Counted from the stretch's first letter, positions 25,134-39,401 are shown. The stretch: 64,000 bases of DNA from Octopus vulgaris (GCA_951406725.2 OX597819.1:81406001-81470000); one strand, 5' to 3'. The notes: generated by a model not told the origin, from the letters alone. A program made the numbers and translations.

Positions 25134-27836
25134 TATATTTATATATAAATGCACCAATATTGTTCTGCTTTAAATTTTTTTTATTGTAAAATTACATATA
25201 GGTTCTCCCCTATGCACGTTTTTCCTCAATAAATACATTCCAAAGCCAAGATGAAATACGATTTTAAAAATACATAAAACCTGATTTGACATTTATATTT
25301 GAATATGATTATTTTTTACATCTCAAAATATCTGGCTCATTATATGAAGAGAAAGATTTTACGTGTATACAGGATTCAACTGGTTGATAGACAAAGTATT
25401 TAACTCATTGAAATTCTTTGCAGTAAAAAACACAGACAAATGGCTTTATTGACATGCTTCTTTAGTCAGATGGAATTCATTTTTAAGAGATGAGGGGGTA
25501 GAAATAATCAATATATTTACTTTCCCCATGAGGAAATATTTCACTGCAAAATTTTCACTTCAGTAGAGTGTGTCTACATTTTAAAAGAAATTTCACAATA
25601 TTTTTAAGCTGGTATATTTTTTATGGAGGATATTAGCTTTTGCTTTATTTGTTTACATATTTCACAGCTGATAGATTTTTGTATCATTTAGAAATTTCTT
25701 CAAAATCAATACATAACCAATAATTACATTATGAACTATGTATATCTATTATTGTTCTTAATTTGTTAATCATTGCATCACTGAACAAATAATATTCTGT
25801 TTGATCTAAACAATTCAATTTCTTCTTAGAACAATACATGCACTGAAAAGTTCTTGGCTTTAAGGGTATTGCAAAAGATCTGGTTGGAAGCCCAATCTTC
25901 CAACTTGTTTTACAGGGCTTAGAAAAACTGAAGGACCACTGTAATAAGTTTGTGAATCTGAGAGGTGAATATGTTGAATAAAATGATAATTAACTGATCC
26001 TCCTATATTTTCTTTTACAGAAACTTTTCAGTCTCCCCTCATACATATGCACATTTGTGTGCACATACACACACACACATACACACATATATGTTAGTGT
26101 TGACTGTTGGAAGAAAGCGTACATGATACCATAGTGAGAATTAATAATATTTTTATTTTGGTCAAGTTAATCTTGTGCTAATCTGAGACTCACCTCCAAG
26201 TACACAGGGTTTTCAGGTAAGTTATGATTTGTCTGAAGACTGTGTAGTCACAGATAAAACATGGAGTTGCAAGAAACTAACTCAACCAAAATGTATAATA
26301 TATATTAATTATTATTATTTATATAGCAAGTTATACACACGCTCTGGAAGAAAGAAAACTCTTGCCCTTCCATGTTCCATCGATTTCATTTTTAATCTCA
26401 TTTTGAAAAGATCTCATCCAACACATTCTATCACACTCCTTAACTGCTAAAGAGACCAGTAGAATAAGTACTAGAAAAGACAAATACCTGCAAATAATTC
26501 TCAAGTATTTTTTTATTTTTTTATTTTCATGACACTCAAGCAAACATTCATCCCCATTCTATATTCAATCAATTCCATAATTTCCTTGTTCCATTTCTTT
26601 GTGTTCAGAAGTCAAACTCCACCCAAGTCAATCTTACTTTTCCTCCTTTGGAGTTCAATTAAAATTGTATCAACTCAGAGCAATGGATTAGTAGAACTCT
26701 AAGAAGGTGTTGTATGATTTATTCCAATCCCTTGAATTCTGAGTTCAAATCCAATAACAGCTTACCTATGTGGTTGACTTAATCCATTTCTTGATTTAAC
26801 AACACCACCTGGCACTCTGGGTGCCTTTAGTAGATTTTTTTCTGGTTTTGAGGCTACCTTTTTACCCCTCTCCCACCAGTCTTGGAGACCCTTCAAACCT
26901 AACCCTAACCCTTCAAAAGGTAATGGACACTCTTTTCTCTCCCTATTATAAGATCAGAAAAAATGAATAAATAAAACAATTTAAATTCCAAGATTGTCTC
27001 CCCTGCCTTTCTTGACCAGATTCAAATGAGCTAATTATTGTTTCTTCTCAGTTTCAGTTTAATTTGAACTAATTAAGATTTCTTGGTTCACTGTATCATC
27101 ATCATCATCATCATCATTGATTTATTGTCCACTTTTCCATATTTGCAGTGAATCTATTAGGTGGATGGAAACTGAAAGAAGCCCATTCTCTCTCTAAATA
27201 TATATTATATATTCATGTGTGTGTGTGTGCGTACCCTTGTCTAGACGTCATTTGAAAGTTGTAAATGAGCATCATCATCATCATCATACAAGCAAGGTAG
27301 TATATTTCCAGTCTTACCATGAAAATCATGTCTAGCTATGAAGAACTATTACCTTACTTAGAAAAATGATGACGGTTAGGATAGGAAAGGCATCTGGTCA
27401 TAGAAAACCCACCTCAACAAATTCCATCTGATTCATGCATGCAAAGAAAAGTGGATGTGAAGTGATGAGGCTGATGATGATGTTGATGATGATGATGATG
27501 ATGATGATGATATTGTTCTTGGGTAGTAGATTTAATCCCTCATTCAGTTTAATAACACCCCCTATCCCTTGGACTTCAGTCCGAGAATAACTCCCTTCCT
27601 TCTTTTCTTCTTCCCAATAATCTTGAAGACTCTAAAAAAGCTGATGATTGTACCCTTTTCCTATTACTATGCTATTAAAATTCAATTTTTGTAAAATCCT
27701 GCTGATGATGACTTTATATTCACCTGACAGGATATGATAAAACAAGTCACAGTAATAAACTGAGGTCAATTCAATTGATTATGACCTTTTGCTTTTTTTC
27801 TCATGTAAAAGAAATTAATATATTTAATGATACAAT

Positions 27837-27907
27837 GGGCATATGGCATAGTGGTTAAGAGTGCAGGCTACTAACCCCAAGATTCCAAGTTCGATTCCAG
27901 GCAGTGA

Positions 27908-27938
<31 letters not shown>

Positions 27939-28100
27939 TATAATAATAACAACAACAACATTGACAAATACCTTAGGAATGAGAACCCAAGTTCAAAATT
28001 TTCCCGAGACACCTGATGAAGGTGTATATCAGCTGAAACGTTGTGTTAACAAGATGAGGACAAATATCCATCAATTGTAAATAATGTAAATAATGTATAT
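27837..28100 (+). mobile_element. tRNA-headed SINE-like element containing a minimal hammerhead (28008-28047)
   Basis: A-box TGGCATAGTGG 27844-27854, B-box GTTCGATTCC 27889-27898, (AAT)n, then GACAC CTGATGA AGGTG TATAT CAGCT GAAA CG TT GTGTT. Confidence 0.7.
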
Positions 28101-30882
28101 ATGATGATGTTTGAAATGAAGAACTCATGAGTATATGTGAAGCATTATCATACATTTACAAGTAATGTAAAGTAATGAAAGCCATTTAACCAGGCAGAAT
28201 GCAGAGAAATGCAAATTTATTCAAAATTTCAAATTTTAAAATCCCTAAATTCAAAAATGAAACAAAACTGTGATGACATGTGCAGAAATGCATTGTGTAG
28301 CAAGACGGAAATTTAAATAACATTATACACTTCATAGACAAGAAATTTGTAATGTTTGTTGATTTGTGATCATGAGCACCTAATGGGTATAGCTTCATAA
28401 ATGGAGAAATTACTATTATTTCTATTAAAAGGCCTTGCTTTAAAATGTTAGAAATGTTAACAACAGTATGATGTATTATTATTTATGAAATATGTGATAT
28501 GTATTAAAAAAGGTTTTTTTAATGTAAAATACAGCTCCAAGAATTCAAGTAGTATTTCTAAATTTACGGAACAATCCAACTCATTCTATCATGAACATAT
28601 GTAAAATCCTTTAAATTAACATTTTTTTTTTCTCTAAATTCTAAAAGATTAATAAAATAAAGTTTTGCAGATTTTAAAATTTATTTCACTAAAATAAAAC
28701 AGGAGTGATAAAAATAAACCAAGTGAACACAGAAATGGATGGAAAAATTACAAAATATATAAATAACATGCTCATATAATGGATTATAAGTTAATTTAAA
28801 GATCTTGTCTTTAAAATAGCACAGCCTGTAAATTTCTCTATATAAAATACATACATACACATATACACACCACATATACATCCACATGTACATGCATACA
28901 CATTCATATATTTAAATGCTACTAGAATAATCTTTGCAATTATTTTTAAACCTTCTCAAAAACCTTCTCAATAGCTTAGGAAATTTTGCAGTGTTGCAAG
29001 AGGAAAGTAATTTTACAGTTGAATGAATTTCAAGATTTTGTTCAAATCTAAACTTTCTGCCACAAAACCACTTTTTTTTAAGGGATTTCTTATGTAAATC
29101 GCATTTCAGAATTTTTTTTTTTTCTTTCAGTATTTATTAATACAAATTTCTAGTATCTAATCCAAAAGATATTCTATTTCATTTTCCATATTTTTCTGCC
29201 CATTAAAAATGGCATCAGGACAGGAAGAGGACAGTATCTGATTGAAAATGATAAATAACTTTGACTGTGAGCTAAACATTTCTACTATCAACTGATATCT
29301 TGCACATGTAAATTCAATGATATTGCATTGTGGGAAGTGAGTCAGTGAAGTTAAGTTTTAAATTTTTAATGTTCATGTAATTTTCTAATGAAATATATTT
29401 CATGAAATATAATCTGCTACTATGACATATATATAATCAATAATTGTCCCTGATATAAATATGGTGTAAGTATGATGCTATGTGAATGAAAAAGTTTGTT
29501 TCACAACTATGGAACCTTGAGCAAGTGTCTTCTACAATAGTCACAGGTTGACCAAAATTCATCATGTGTGTGTGCATGCACATGCATGTGTGTGTGTTTG
29601 TGTTGTGTGTGCATGCATTTGTGCTGTGTTTGTGTTGTGTGTGAGTATGTATGTGCACATGCACATACATGTGTGTGTTTGTGCGTGTGTGCATGCATTT
29701 GTGTTGTGTGCATGTGTTTGTGTGTGTGTGTGCACACATTTGTGTTGTCTGTGTGTGTGCACATGTGCATGCATGGTGCAAGCATGCACTTTGCACTCCT
29801 ATCTATTAGTAAAAATTTTAAACATCAAATGAAATCTGAGCCCTTCCCACCAGATATTTCAGATAAATATGCTGTGTAATATTTGTTTCAACCAAGTTGC
29901 ACATTGCTGATAGTGAGGAAGACATTTCCTTGTTGCTCTGCCCTCATAAATGCATTGACCCAGTGATTTTCCTGTTGGAAACATGTAACCAATAACACTA
30001 CTGTTCTCCAAATGCAATAGATAATAAATTAAAGAATAAATAAAACAAATAATCTAAATTTGACTGGTGTGGTGCGACCCTCTCTTCGTCCAGCTGTTAC
30101 ATCTCAGAGAAAAGAATAGACAGTCTAAGAGGGTGGTTATGTCTGCTCACCACCACATAAGCACTTCAAACAATTAGTGAAAGCATAGTACATGCTACCA
30201 AGACATACTCACTCAAAAGTGATGGCTGGCTGTACTTATATATGAAAAAAAGTTATATACAAAATACCAACAACTCTCTGATATAGTTTTTTTTTTCTTT
30301 CAAATCTATATAAGTGGAAATGTTCAATATCCCAGGACGTCCACTGAACCACCTCCCTACTATATTGGAACAGAGATCACTATCTGTAGCAATGAACTTA
30401 TAAGGAGGAATGGTTCTTTCAGAACATCTCCCTCACTGTTCTTTGTGGGAACATGCACCATTTTGCCTGCCAGACTACAAACATCCACATGTTACCCCAT
30501 CATATAAGAATGTTTTATGTTTTACTTCATTTTACAAGTTATTTTCATCACCAAGTACATATCATTTTTAATATTTATGTATAATATTTTCCTATGTGCC
30601 TTATAATATACGCTCACTTATTCTCATGAAGTTGTTTCCTGATGAATATATTTTTCTGTTAGAGAAAACAAAGATTTTGCTTCATTTTCATTGGGCCATC
30701 CATTTAGCTTTTATGAGAGGGAGAAAATCTATTTCCATTATAGCAGTGATAATTAAAATTTATATTTAGCAATAATAATCAAAATTCATATTTAATCTGT
30801 TATGTGGAATCACATTTAATCTATTTCCTATTTATTTATCTATTTATTTATTGTAAAAGGAAGATTCAGTTATCATTTAACA

Positions 30883-31460
30883 GAGAAGTTCTCAACCATT
30901 TTTTCTTTATGGGCCCATTTACTATTGTAGTCACTGAATATTTATAAACTAGTTTGATAGAAACTTCTTTCAAAATTCCTATTTTGTTTTTCACATATTA
31001 ACTTGTGTAGGCTGAACTATGTGAAATGGTAGAGAAAGAAAGGTGGTTGTTTCTTGCAATACATAGCAATACATACATCTAAAGCAAAATTTTTTCAGGG
31101 TCTCTTAAAACACTATAGCAGTCAATTTTACTATTTCATTGCATCCCTTAATCCTTTTTGCCCCTTGTGGAGCATAGGGCCTCAACAGTTGTTTTCCACT
31201 TTTTGCAGTATTGGTGTGTTTCTTGGCTGCATCCTATGTCAGGCCAGTGGTCCTGAGTTCATCCAAAATGCTCCACTTCCATGTCTGCTTCAGGTGTCCC
31301 CACTTACTTTTCCTCTGTGGATTCCAGTCAAGTGCTTGTTGTGTCACATTTGATGGTTCTCTCCACAAATGGAAAGAACCCTCAAATTTCATTGCATAGG
31401 CCAAAAAAAAATCTTATATGGGTCCTCTGGGGCCATATGGACCCTGGTTGAGAACCACTG
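30883..31460. mobile_element. hAT-type MITE with 8-bp TSD
   Basis: TIRs GAGAAGTTCTCAACC / GGTTGAGAACCACTG; perfect TSD ATTTAACA at 30875-30882 and 31461-31468. A second 5' end of the family lies at about 31894. Confidence 0.8.
31148..31364 (-). mobile_element. RTE-clade LINE 3' fragment nested in the hAT MITE
   Basis: Minus strand reads SNVTQQALDWNPQRKSKWGHLKQTWKWSI..ALCSTRG, the typical RTE ORF C-terminus (WNPQGKRxRGRPKxTW). Confidence 0.75.
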
Positions 31461-31570
31461 ATTTAACATCATAAATAGTGGGTTCACTAATGTGTGATGG
31501 TAATCACTGTTATCTGTTGTGAATACAATGGCCAAATAAATACAATGAACTAGATGTATATCTCACTTAA

Positions 31571-31789
31571 CCCTTTTGCTACTGACTCACCTGAGGCAAC
31601 TCCTGGTTCTGTAACACATACGTTCAATTTTAAAGTGATCTAAATTAAACCTTACCATCGAAATTTCATGTTGATTTATGTTTAAAACACCAGCTTAAAA
31701 TTGATAATTATTTTGCTAAGTTCTTCATTATTTCAAAATTAACTGAAACAAAGGCAGTGTATTTCAGTAAAACTATGGTAAGACAAGAG
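31571..31789. mobile_element. piggyBac-like MITE (TTAA-flanked)
   Basis: TTAA|CCCTTTTG...AAGAG|TTAA; related copies at about 49236-49420 and 62786-63003 (reverse). Confidence 0.55.
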
Positions 31790-32187
31790 TTAACAGATTA
31801 TGGTGGCATCTTAGAACTGAGGGAAAAGGCTTGAATGAAAAAGTTTCCTGTAAAACGTTTGCATTCATGGAAGTTTTTACTGTTTGTTGAGATCAGTGAT
31901 TCTCAACCATTTTTTCCCTATGGATCCTCTTGATTTCTATTTAACTCTACTGGAAAGTCAAGTACAGTAGAATTATAATTCAGAACAAGTAAAGACATGA
32001 AATGTTGCTAAGCATTTTGCCTGACATGTAATGATTCTGCTAACTCACTACCTTAAAGATGACTAAAATACTAACAAGGAATATTTTGATAAAAAAAAGA
32101 ACCAATCCACTTTTACTCTTACTTTTTTTCCATCAATGGGCAGCAGCCAGGCTGCAACACTACCTTGGATGGCAAGGTAATAGACAT

Positions 32188-32225
<38 letters not shown>

Positions 32226-33321
32226 ATACATATACACATGCACATGTATATTTAGAACAGACTTCTCACAGATTCTGTCATAAAAGCTATGTGAACTAGT
32301 ATTGTGTAAAAGCTTAGTTAAAATGAAATGAAATCGTTTTACTTAAACAAATAAAATGCATTAGTGAATGATTTCTTTGGCTAAAGCTATTTTATTCTCA
32401 CTGTGTAGCAAAATGGTAACTTGGTGAGATGATAATTAAAGCAATAACTGCTTCACAAAAATTTTGGCTATATTTTAATTATCATCTAGAAATTTAGTCT
32501 AAATATAAACTATTGCTAATAACTATTCTGAAAACTGTATATTTCCTATTCCTTTAATTTTCTCATGTTTCTGCAGTTCATATTTGAAATGCCAAAACTA
32601 TAGAATGAAATGGATAGAATACATTGGTTCAAATCATTTTCTCAATAATTTTGAACCCATTGCTGAAATGATTTCTTTTCATCACAGTATATTATAAAAG
32701 ATGTTTGTAAAGAAGAGAATATTAGATTTGTTGACAGTGACCATCTCCTACCAGAGAGATGGTCCTTCAAAAATAACGGTGAATGACAATGTCTCTATTC
32801 TTAGGGAAATACATTACGTTTCATACCTGGAAATGTTAAACTAACAAATAAAGATTGACACAAATCAATGATGTTTTTATTCATCTGGAAGTAGCAAGGC
32901 AAGTGGATTAATTGCTAGTCTTTCCTTTAAATAATGTAACTGTAGTAAGAGGCTCGGGCAGGCATCTAACACTTCTGTCATGAAGAATAAATCCATGTCA
33001 AAGGTGGTATGTCTTTATAAAGACTCAATTACAACCAAGTGACACAAATGCTGCCAGGTCACTGGCTGCTAACTAAAGTACATTTAACAAAGAGGGTTCT
33101 GGTTTTGACATATTGGATCATGGCAATAAAGAAGGATATCAGAATCTATTATGAAACTTTTTACCGTCTCTTTACTTTTTCTAAAGGCTTCTAATGATGG
33201 AACTCAAATCCATTAAGCTCTCATATGAAAACTGAAGGGGCACATTTGTTTTTAATTTCCCGTAAATTATTGAATTTGTCTTCATTAAAAGGATTATATA
33301 GAGATGTACAAGAATGAATGC

Positions 33322-33360
<39 letters not shown>

Positions 33361-33810
33361 TGTTTTAATATCTGCTTTTCCATGCTTTTGTGACTTAGAC
33401 AGAACTTGTGGTGTTAGACTTTCTACAACTGAGTGCCCTTCCTGTTGCCAATCCTCACTAGTTTCCAAATGAAATAATATTTCCAGATGATCAGATAGGT
33501 TTTCTCAGATGATTAGAAATTAACGACACTCATTTACAACTATCACATGATATCAAGATGAAGAGGTACAAAGATACACACACACAACATATGTGCGTGC
33601 ATGTATGTATGCGTGTGTCTATATATATACTTAATAATTAGGGTTCAGCAAAGATTTGCGTTACCACATACTGAAGTTTAGAAATAGCAGCCAAAAAGCC
33701 TTAGCTATTTCTTCTACTTTAAAAGGGGACTCCCAGAAAAACCAAAATACTTGAAAACAATCCACACAGGCAGAGAGGAAAAGTAACAAAAATCAATCAA
33801 TATCTGGTCA

Positions 33811-33893
33811 CCCATGTACGCGCGTTTCGGAATTAGATCGGTATAAAGAATATAGAATTATACTTTACCAACCATTTTCTTCATCAGCATGGG
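33811..33893 (-). ncRNA. Type I hammerhead ribozyme, copy 1
   Basis: Minus strand reads CCCATG CTGATGA [AGAA..TTGGTA...TACCGA..TTCC] GAAA CGCGCG TA CATGGG: 6-bp stem I, palindromic stem III ACGCGCGT, GUA triplet. Confidence 0.85.
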
Positions 33894-34401
33894 ACTCCAA
33901 CAATATTAAATATTGAAATATTAAATTTGAAGGTACTGGAATAATTGAACATATCTCTCCACCTAATGGTATCAGACAGATTGTATTCAGTGTTAGTACC
34001 GCCGAATTCAAAATATGAATGCGGTTCGTCACCTTCCCCTGCCCATCTGCATGTGCCATCAAGTAAAATTCTACAGAAAAATCTGTAGTTTGTTATCAGG
34101 GAAAAATTCTATTATCAATGATAACAAAGGGTAAAACTAATTAATTAAGAAGTAATCAATAATTTCACCAAGTAGAATTCGGCATGAAAAAGGACCATTT
34201 CACGGTAAACTTAAGTAATACTTAATAATTAGGGTTCAGCAAAGATTTGCTTTACCACATACTGAAGTTTAGAAATAGCAGCCAAAAAGCCTTAGCTATT
34301 TCTTCTACTTTAAAAAGGGACTCCTAGAAAAACCAAAATACTTGAAAACAATCCACACAGGCAGAGAGGAAAAGTAACAAAAATCAATCAATATCTGGTC
34401 A

Positions 34402-34482
34402 CCCATGTACGTGCGTTTCAGAATTAGATCAGTATAAAGAATATAGAATTATACTTTACCAACCATTTTCTTCATCAGCATG
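34402..34482 (-). ncRNA. Type I hammerhead ribozyme, copy 2
   Basis: Minus strand reads CATG CTGATGA AGAA...TTCT GAAA CGCACG TA CATG. Stem I is shortened to 4 bp by the inversion junction at 34482/34483. Confidence 0.8.
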
Positions 34483-34732
34483 AAAGTAGAAGAAATATCT
34501 AAGGCTTTTTGGCTGCTATTTCTAAACTTCGGTATGTGGTAAAGCAAATCTTTGCTGAACCCTAATTATTAAGTATTACTTAAGTTTACCATGAAATGGT
34601 CCTTTTTCATGCTGAATTCTACTTGGTGAAATTATTGATTACTTCTTAATTAATTAGTTTTACCCTTTGTAATTATTATAGATATATATATGTATGTATG
34701 TATTTATATAAGTATATGTGTGTGTGTGTGTG

Positions 34733-34771
<39 letters not shown>

Positions 34772-35069
34772 CTATCTATCTCTCTCTCTCTATATATATA
34801 GGAGAATTCAGAAAAAAAACAAAAGACAAAGACACGTGGTGCAGACAACAAACAGATGTATTAGTTTAACACTCGGGAAGTGGAAAAGTCTTTAACATTT
34901 GAGCCTACACTCTTCCAAAGAAAGGAACACAGAAAGAAACAGGGAGAGAAAATAAAGAGAGAGAAAATAAAAGAAGGGCACCCTGTTGTAGAAAGTCTAA
35001 CACCATATGTATATATCTATGTATATATGCATGTGTGTGTATTTATGTGTGCGTGTGTGTGTATTTTAT

Positions 35070-35594
<525 letters not shown>

Positions 35595-36024
35595 CACATA
35601 TATACATGACTGGCTTCTTTCAGTGTTCAAATCCACCCACAAAGCTTTGGTGGACCCTTGACTATAATACAAGACACTTGCCTTGTACTGAGTTTCTGTA
35701 TAAGATAAACATGCACACACACACTCACATACACACATAAGGCCATGGCTAGCAAACCTTTGGTCATAGGTCTGCTTGATCCAGATTAACCTAGGTGCAA
35801 AACAACAAATACAAATAAAATATTTTGTACTATAATATATATTTATTAAATCTAGTAAATATAATTTAAAGTTGAGTTGCCCAAGGCAGGATTTGAACTC
35901 AGAAACTAGAAGACCAAACACATGATTCTACTATGTCAGCCACTTTCAAATTCACCAGCTGAAATTATATTTTGATACCATTTTATCTTATTCATCTGCT
36001 TTGGGAAGTAAATAATTGCAAATT

Positions 36025-36245
36025 CATTGCAAAGCAGCTCTTCTATGTATGAAAAATTCTTTTGCAGAAAACATGTTGTTGGTAGGCAAAAGAAGTTTAA
36101 GGAGTGAGTAAAAGCATCTTTAAAAGACCTGAACATGGTGCTTGGCACCTGGTAGCTGCTTTCCTCAAACCAAAACCACATGTACAGTCTAATTCATGCT
36201 GGAACCCTAATAGCCGAAAGCAAAAGAACTGCTTCTGCTGCTGCT
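36025..36245 (+). mobile_element. RTE-clade LINE ORF C-terminal fossil
   Basis: AKQLFY..RKHVVGRQKKFKE*VKASLKDLNM..TW*..SLIHAG resembles the RTE LPKQLFYGEL..GGQKKRFKD.LK.SLK motif; contains stops. Confidence 0.65.
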
Positions 36246-38409
36246 AAAGAGGAGGAGGAGGTAAGTAAGAGGAAGAAGAGAAAGAGGAGAAAATGGAGGA
36301 AGAGCAGGAGGGGAGGAGAAGGAAAAGATGATGAGACAGCAGCAGCAGTAGCATTCACTTTGCAGACCTAAAGTAATACCTTATATGTAGGAAAGAATTC
36401 CTGGTTTAGATAAACCTCATCAGCCACCTCTCAATCTAACAGACCATACTAGACACACAAGCCAATCCTAAGTGTTGGTCATCTTCAGCAATGATGGAGA
36501 AACATCACATTTATCATTGGCTTTACATCATATGATGTTGCTTTGATGATAAGGCATCGGTCTGTAAAATGTCCATACTTTGAGGATGCTAATTAATCAA
36601 GCTAACTATGTGTGAAAGGAAAGTAAGAAGACATGGAGGTATGGAAAGAGAGGGGCAGAGAGAGAAAGAGAGATGAAGGGAGAGAGAGAGTGACGTGGGA
36701 GTCAGGATTGATTTAGGGAAAATAGGAAAGGTAAGATACAAAGATAGAGAAATTGAGAGACAACCATGACATAAAGAAAATGAGACATTTAGAGGACTGC
36801 AGAGTGGAATGAGAGGAAGGAAGGGCAGGAAAGATAGATGAAAAATATAGAGACTGCAAAGAAGAAAAAAGGAGAGAGAGTTGGGGGAAATAAGAGGTAG
36901 AAATTAAAAGGAAAAATAGGCTGGGGATAAGAGAGGAAGAGAAATTACAGATGAACATATAGATAATGAGAGAAAGACAAATAAAGAGAAAAAGGAAGAG
37001 AGAGAGAGAGAGAATTGTTTGAAGGAAAGAAGACAGAAGAGTATGTGAAGAGGATGAGAGAGAAAGTGAGGAGAAGAGATTGAGAGAAATTGTGAAAGAT
37101 ATGTAGACTGAGAAATTGAGAGACAAATGTGACAGAAGTTGAATGAGAGAGAGAGAGAGAGCAAGAGTAAGAGGAAGGACTATGGAGTGAAAAGAGAGAA
37201 AGTACAAGAGAGATAGAAAAACAGAGAGAGAGTGGATGAGTAAGAGAAGAAATAAGAAGATAATAACAACCTAAATAAATGTCATAAACAAGGAAAAAAA
37301 GACATCCAACTTCTATAACCATACTCATTTTGTTGTCAAGCTGAGCTATATCACCTTGCTCCTCCTTTCTCATTCTCATTCCTCCACCTACACCTCCTCT
37401 TTTCCTTTTCCCCCATCCTATTCCTCCTCCTCCTCATCATCATCATCATCATTGTCATCATCAATAACAACATTCTTTAATGAGTTTTTAATTTTTTTTT
37501 ATTTCACAATACTAATGGCAATATTCTTATTGTTATTGTTGTCATTGCTGTTCTATTGGTTAGCTCTGTAACAAATGATCAACAATGTTCCAGCCATGAC
37601 AGTCCAATCAAATTTTAAGACAGTAAACATGGGGTGATTTAAGGAAAATTTAGCTGCTGTTTCTAGGAGATGGAGTGACCAACCAAATCCATCCTCTTTG
37701 TCTGTACATCCAAAGGTATTACTTAGATACATTATTTATATACAGTCTGTCCATTGTGTCCTTCCTTTTCCAATACAGTAGGTTATGATTTGAGGGAGAA
37801 TTAACTGTTATTTCTATTTCTAGTACATTAGCTTGTGGCAAGATTGATTAATCATATATCTTTTATCTTTAACCTTTTTCAATCACTGGACTACCTTGAA
37901 AGATTTTAGCTGAACAAATTGATGCAGTACTTAATTTTTAAGCCTGGTACCTGTTCTATGTGATTCTTTTCCTGGACCATTAAGTTACAAGGATACAAAA
38001 CAAAATCCAACACCAATTGTCAAGTGGTGGGGGGGGGGACAAACATGAACAGAGACACACATAGATACAAAACATATATTACATATATATATTTATATAT
38101 ACAACTTATAAACAAAGGCAATAGAAAAATTATTTCAATGCTAATATACTGAGAACAGACTTTAAATCATCAATTTCAACATTTATAATATACATTCACT
38201 ATAGATACACTTCGTGCTGAAATCGAGGAAAGCAAGCTAACAGAATTTTTTTAAAAGTTCGTTATTTCTATATTGAATCAATTTCAGGATTAATCTTTAG
38301 AAAATACAATAAGAAATAAATGAAATACTTACACACACCCATGGAAAAAAGCAAAAGCAAGAGTCATGTGTACACATAAGTACCCCAGTTATATCTAAAT
38401 GTAAAATCC

Positions 38410-39297
38410 TAAGGTGCAATAGGTAAATTGTTGCTATTTTATATTTTTAATTTTGCACATGTACATAGTTTGTTTTTGAATTTGTCAACTACACAGCATA
38501 GTAGGAGCAGCTGGGCACTGTCTGTGAGAAAAACAGCACCATGACAGAATTCACTCTGCCACAAATTTGGAAATGACATGCTGTACTGCTTGGCATTGAT
38601 GCCAGAAGATCCAATACAAACATTTCAGAGTTTTAGATATCAATCTCAGGGTAGTGCAATCTAAGGACATGTACTAAGAGTGATAAAAATCAAACATCCA
38701 GTCAACGTCATGGTGTTTGAAGTGATCACTAGTGACAGCCATGTTGTACCTCCATTCATCTCTTCACATGGCCTCAGACTCAACACAGAGACCTACATCA
38801 AGTGCCTGGAGGAAGTAGTGTTGCCTGGGTCAAGAGGGCAGCTGCTGGAAGACACTATGTTTGGCAACAAGACTCTACACCATGCTACACAAGCAGGAGA
38901 ATCTAGTCATGGCTGTCAGACGATTTCTGTCACCACATCATCCCTAACATCTGGCCATCTAACTCCACAGACTGCAACCCTCTTCATTATTATGTGTGGG
39001 GCACAGTTGAACAAGACACCAACAAAACTCCTTGTAACAGCAAAGATGAACTGAAGGCAAAGATTATCGCAGCATTCACCAATTTAAACAAGGAGACCAT
39101 CCAGAAGATTTGCAGGAGATTGCAAATTCGTCTGGAAGCCATGACTGAAGCCAATGGCGATTTTATTGAATAAATTTACTCTTTAGTATTTCGAGATATT
39201 TTATGTAATTTTGGTAAATATATCTGTTAAAATGAGATGTCAGCGTTATTTTCATTTTTGTGCAATTTAGTCAAGAGTTTGTTCATTGCAACTTGTA
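38410..39297 (+). pseudogene. Internally deleted DD37D (maT-type) Tc1/mariner transposon fossil
   Basis: ATG at 38541; KHPVNVMVFEVITSD..PPFI..YIKCLEEVVLP; frameshift; YVWQQD + 37 aa (..WPSNSTDCNPL) + H in place of the third D; ends EANGDFIE* at 39173. Weak TIR-like ends. Confidence 0.85.
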
Positions 39298-39401
39298 TAT
39301 GTATGTACATATATGTAAATAACTATATGTACATATGTATGTACATACATATGAATATATGTATATATATTTATATATACATGTATATGTATGTATATAT
39401 G

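Larger units (their letters stand above)
33628..34670 (-). mobile_element. Retrozyme/Penelope-like non-autonomous element: partial tandem (591-nt period) with two hammerheads and an inverted 5' segment
   Basis: 33628-33891 is repeated at 34219-34482; 34483-34670 is the reverse complement of 34124-34311; (TA)n on both flanks; no GIY-YIG or RT coding remnant seen. Confidence 0.8.

Noticed and set aside
26897-26912. Telomeric CCCTAA repeat
   Set aside because: Only about 2.5 units; expected by chance.
27837-27910. Functional tRNA gene
   Set aside because: A and B boxes are present, but acceptor and anticodon stems pair poorly and it continues into a repeat body; treated as a SINE head.
36640-37450. 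Hydrophobic Leu/Ser/Phe-rich minus-strand ORFs resembling membrane proteins
   Set aside because: Artefact of a purine-rich (GA) low-complexity tract.
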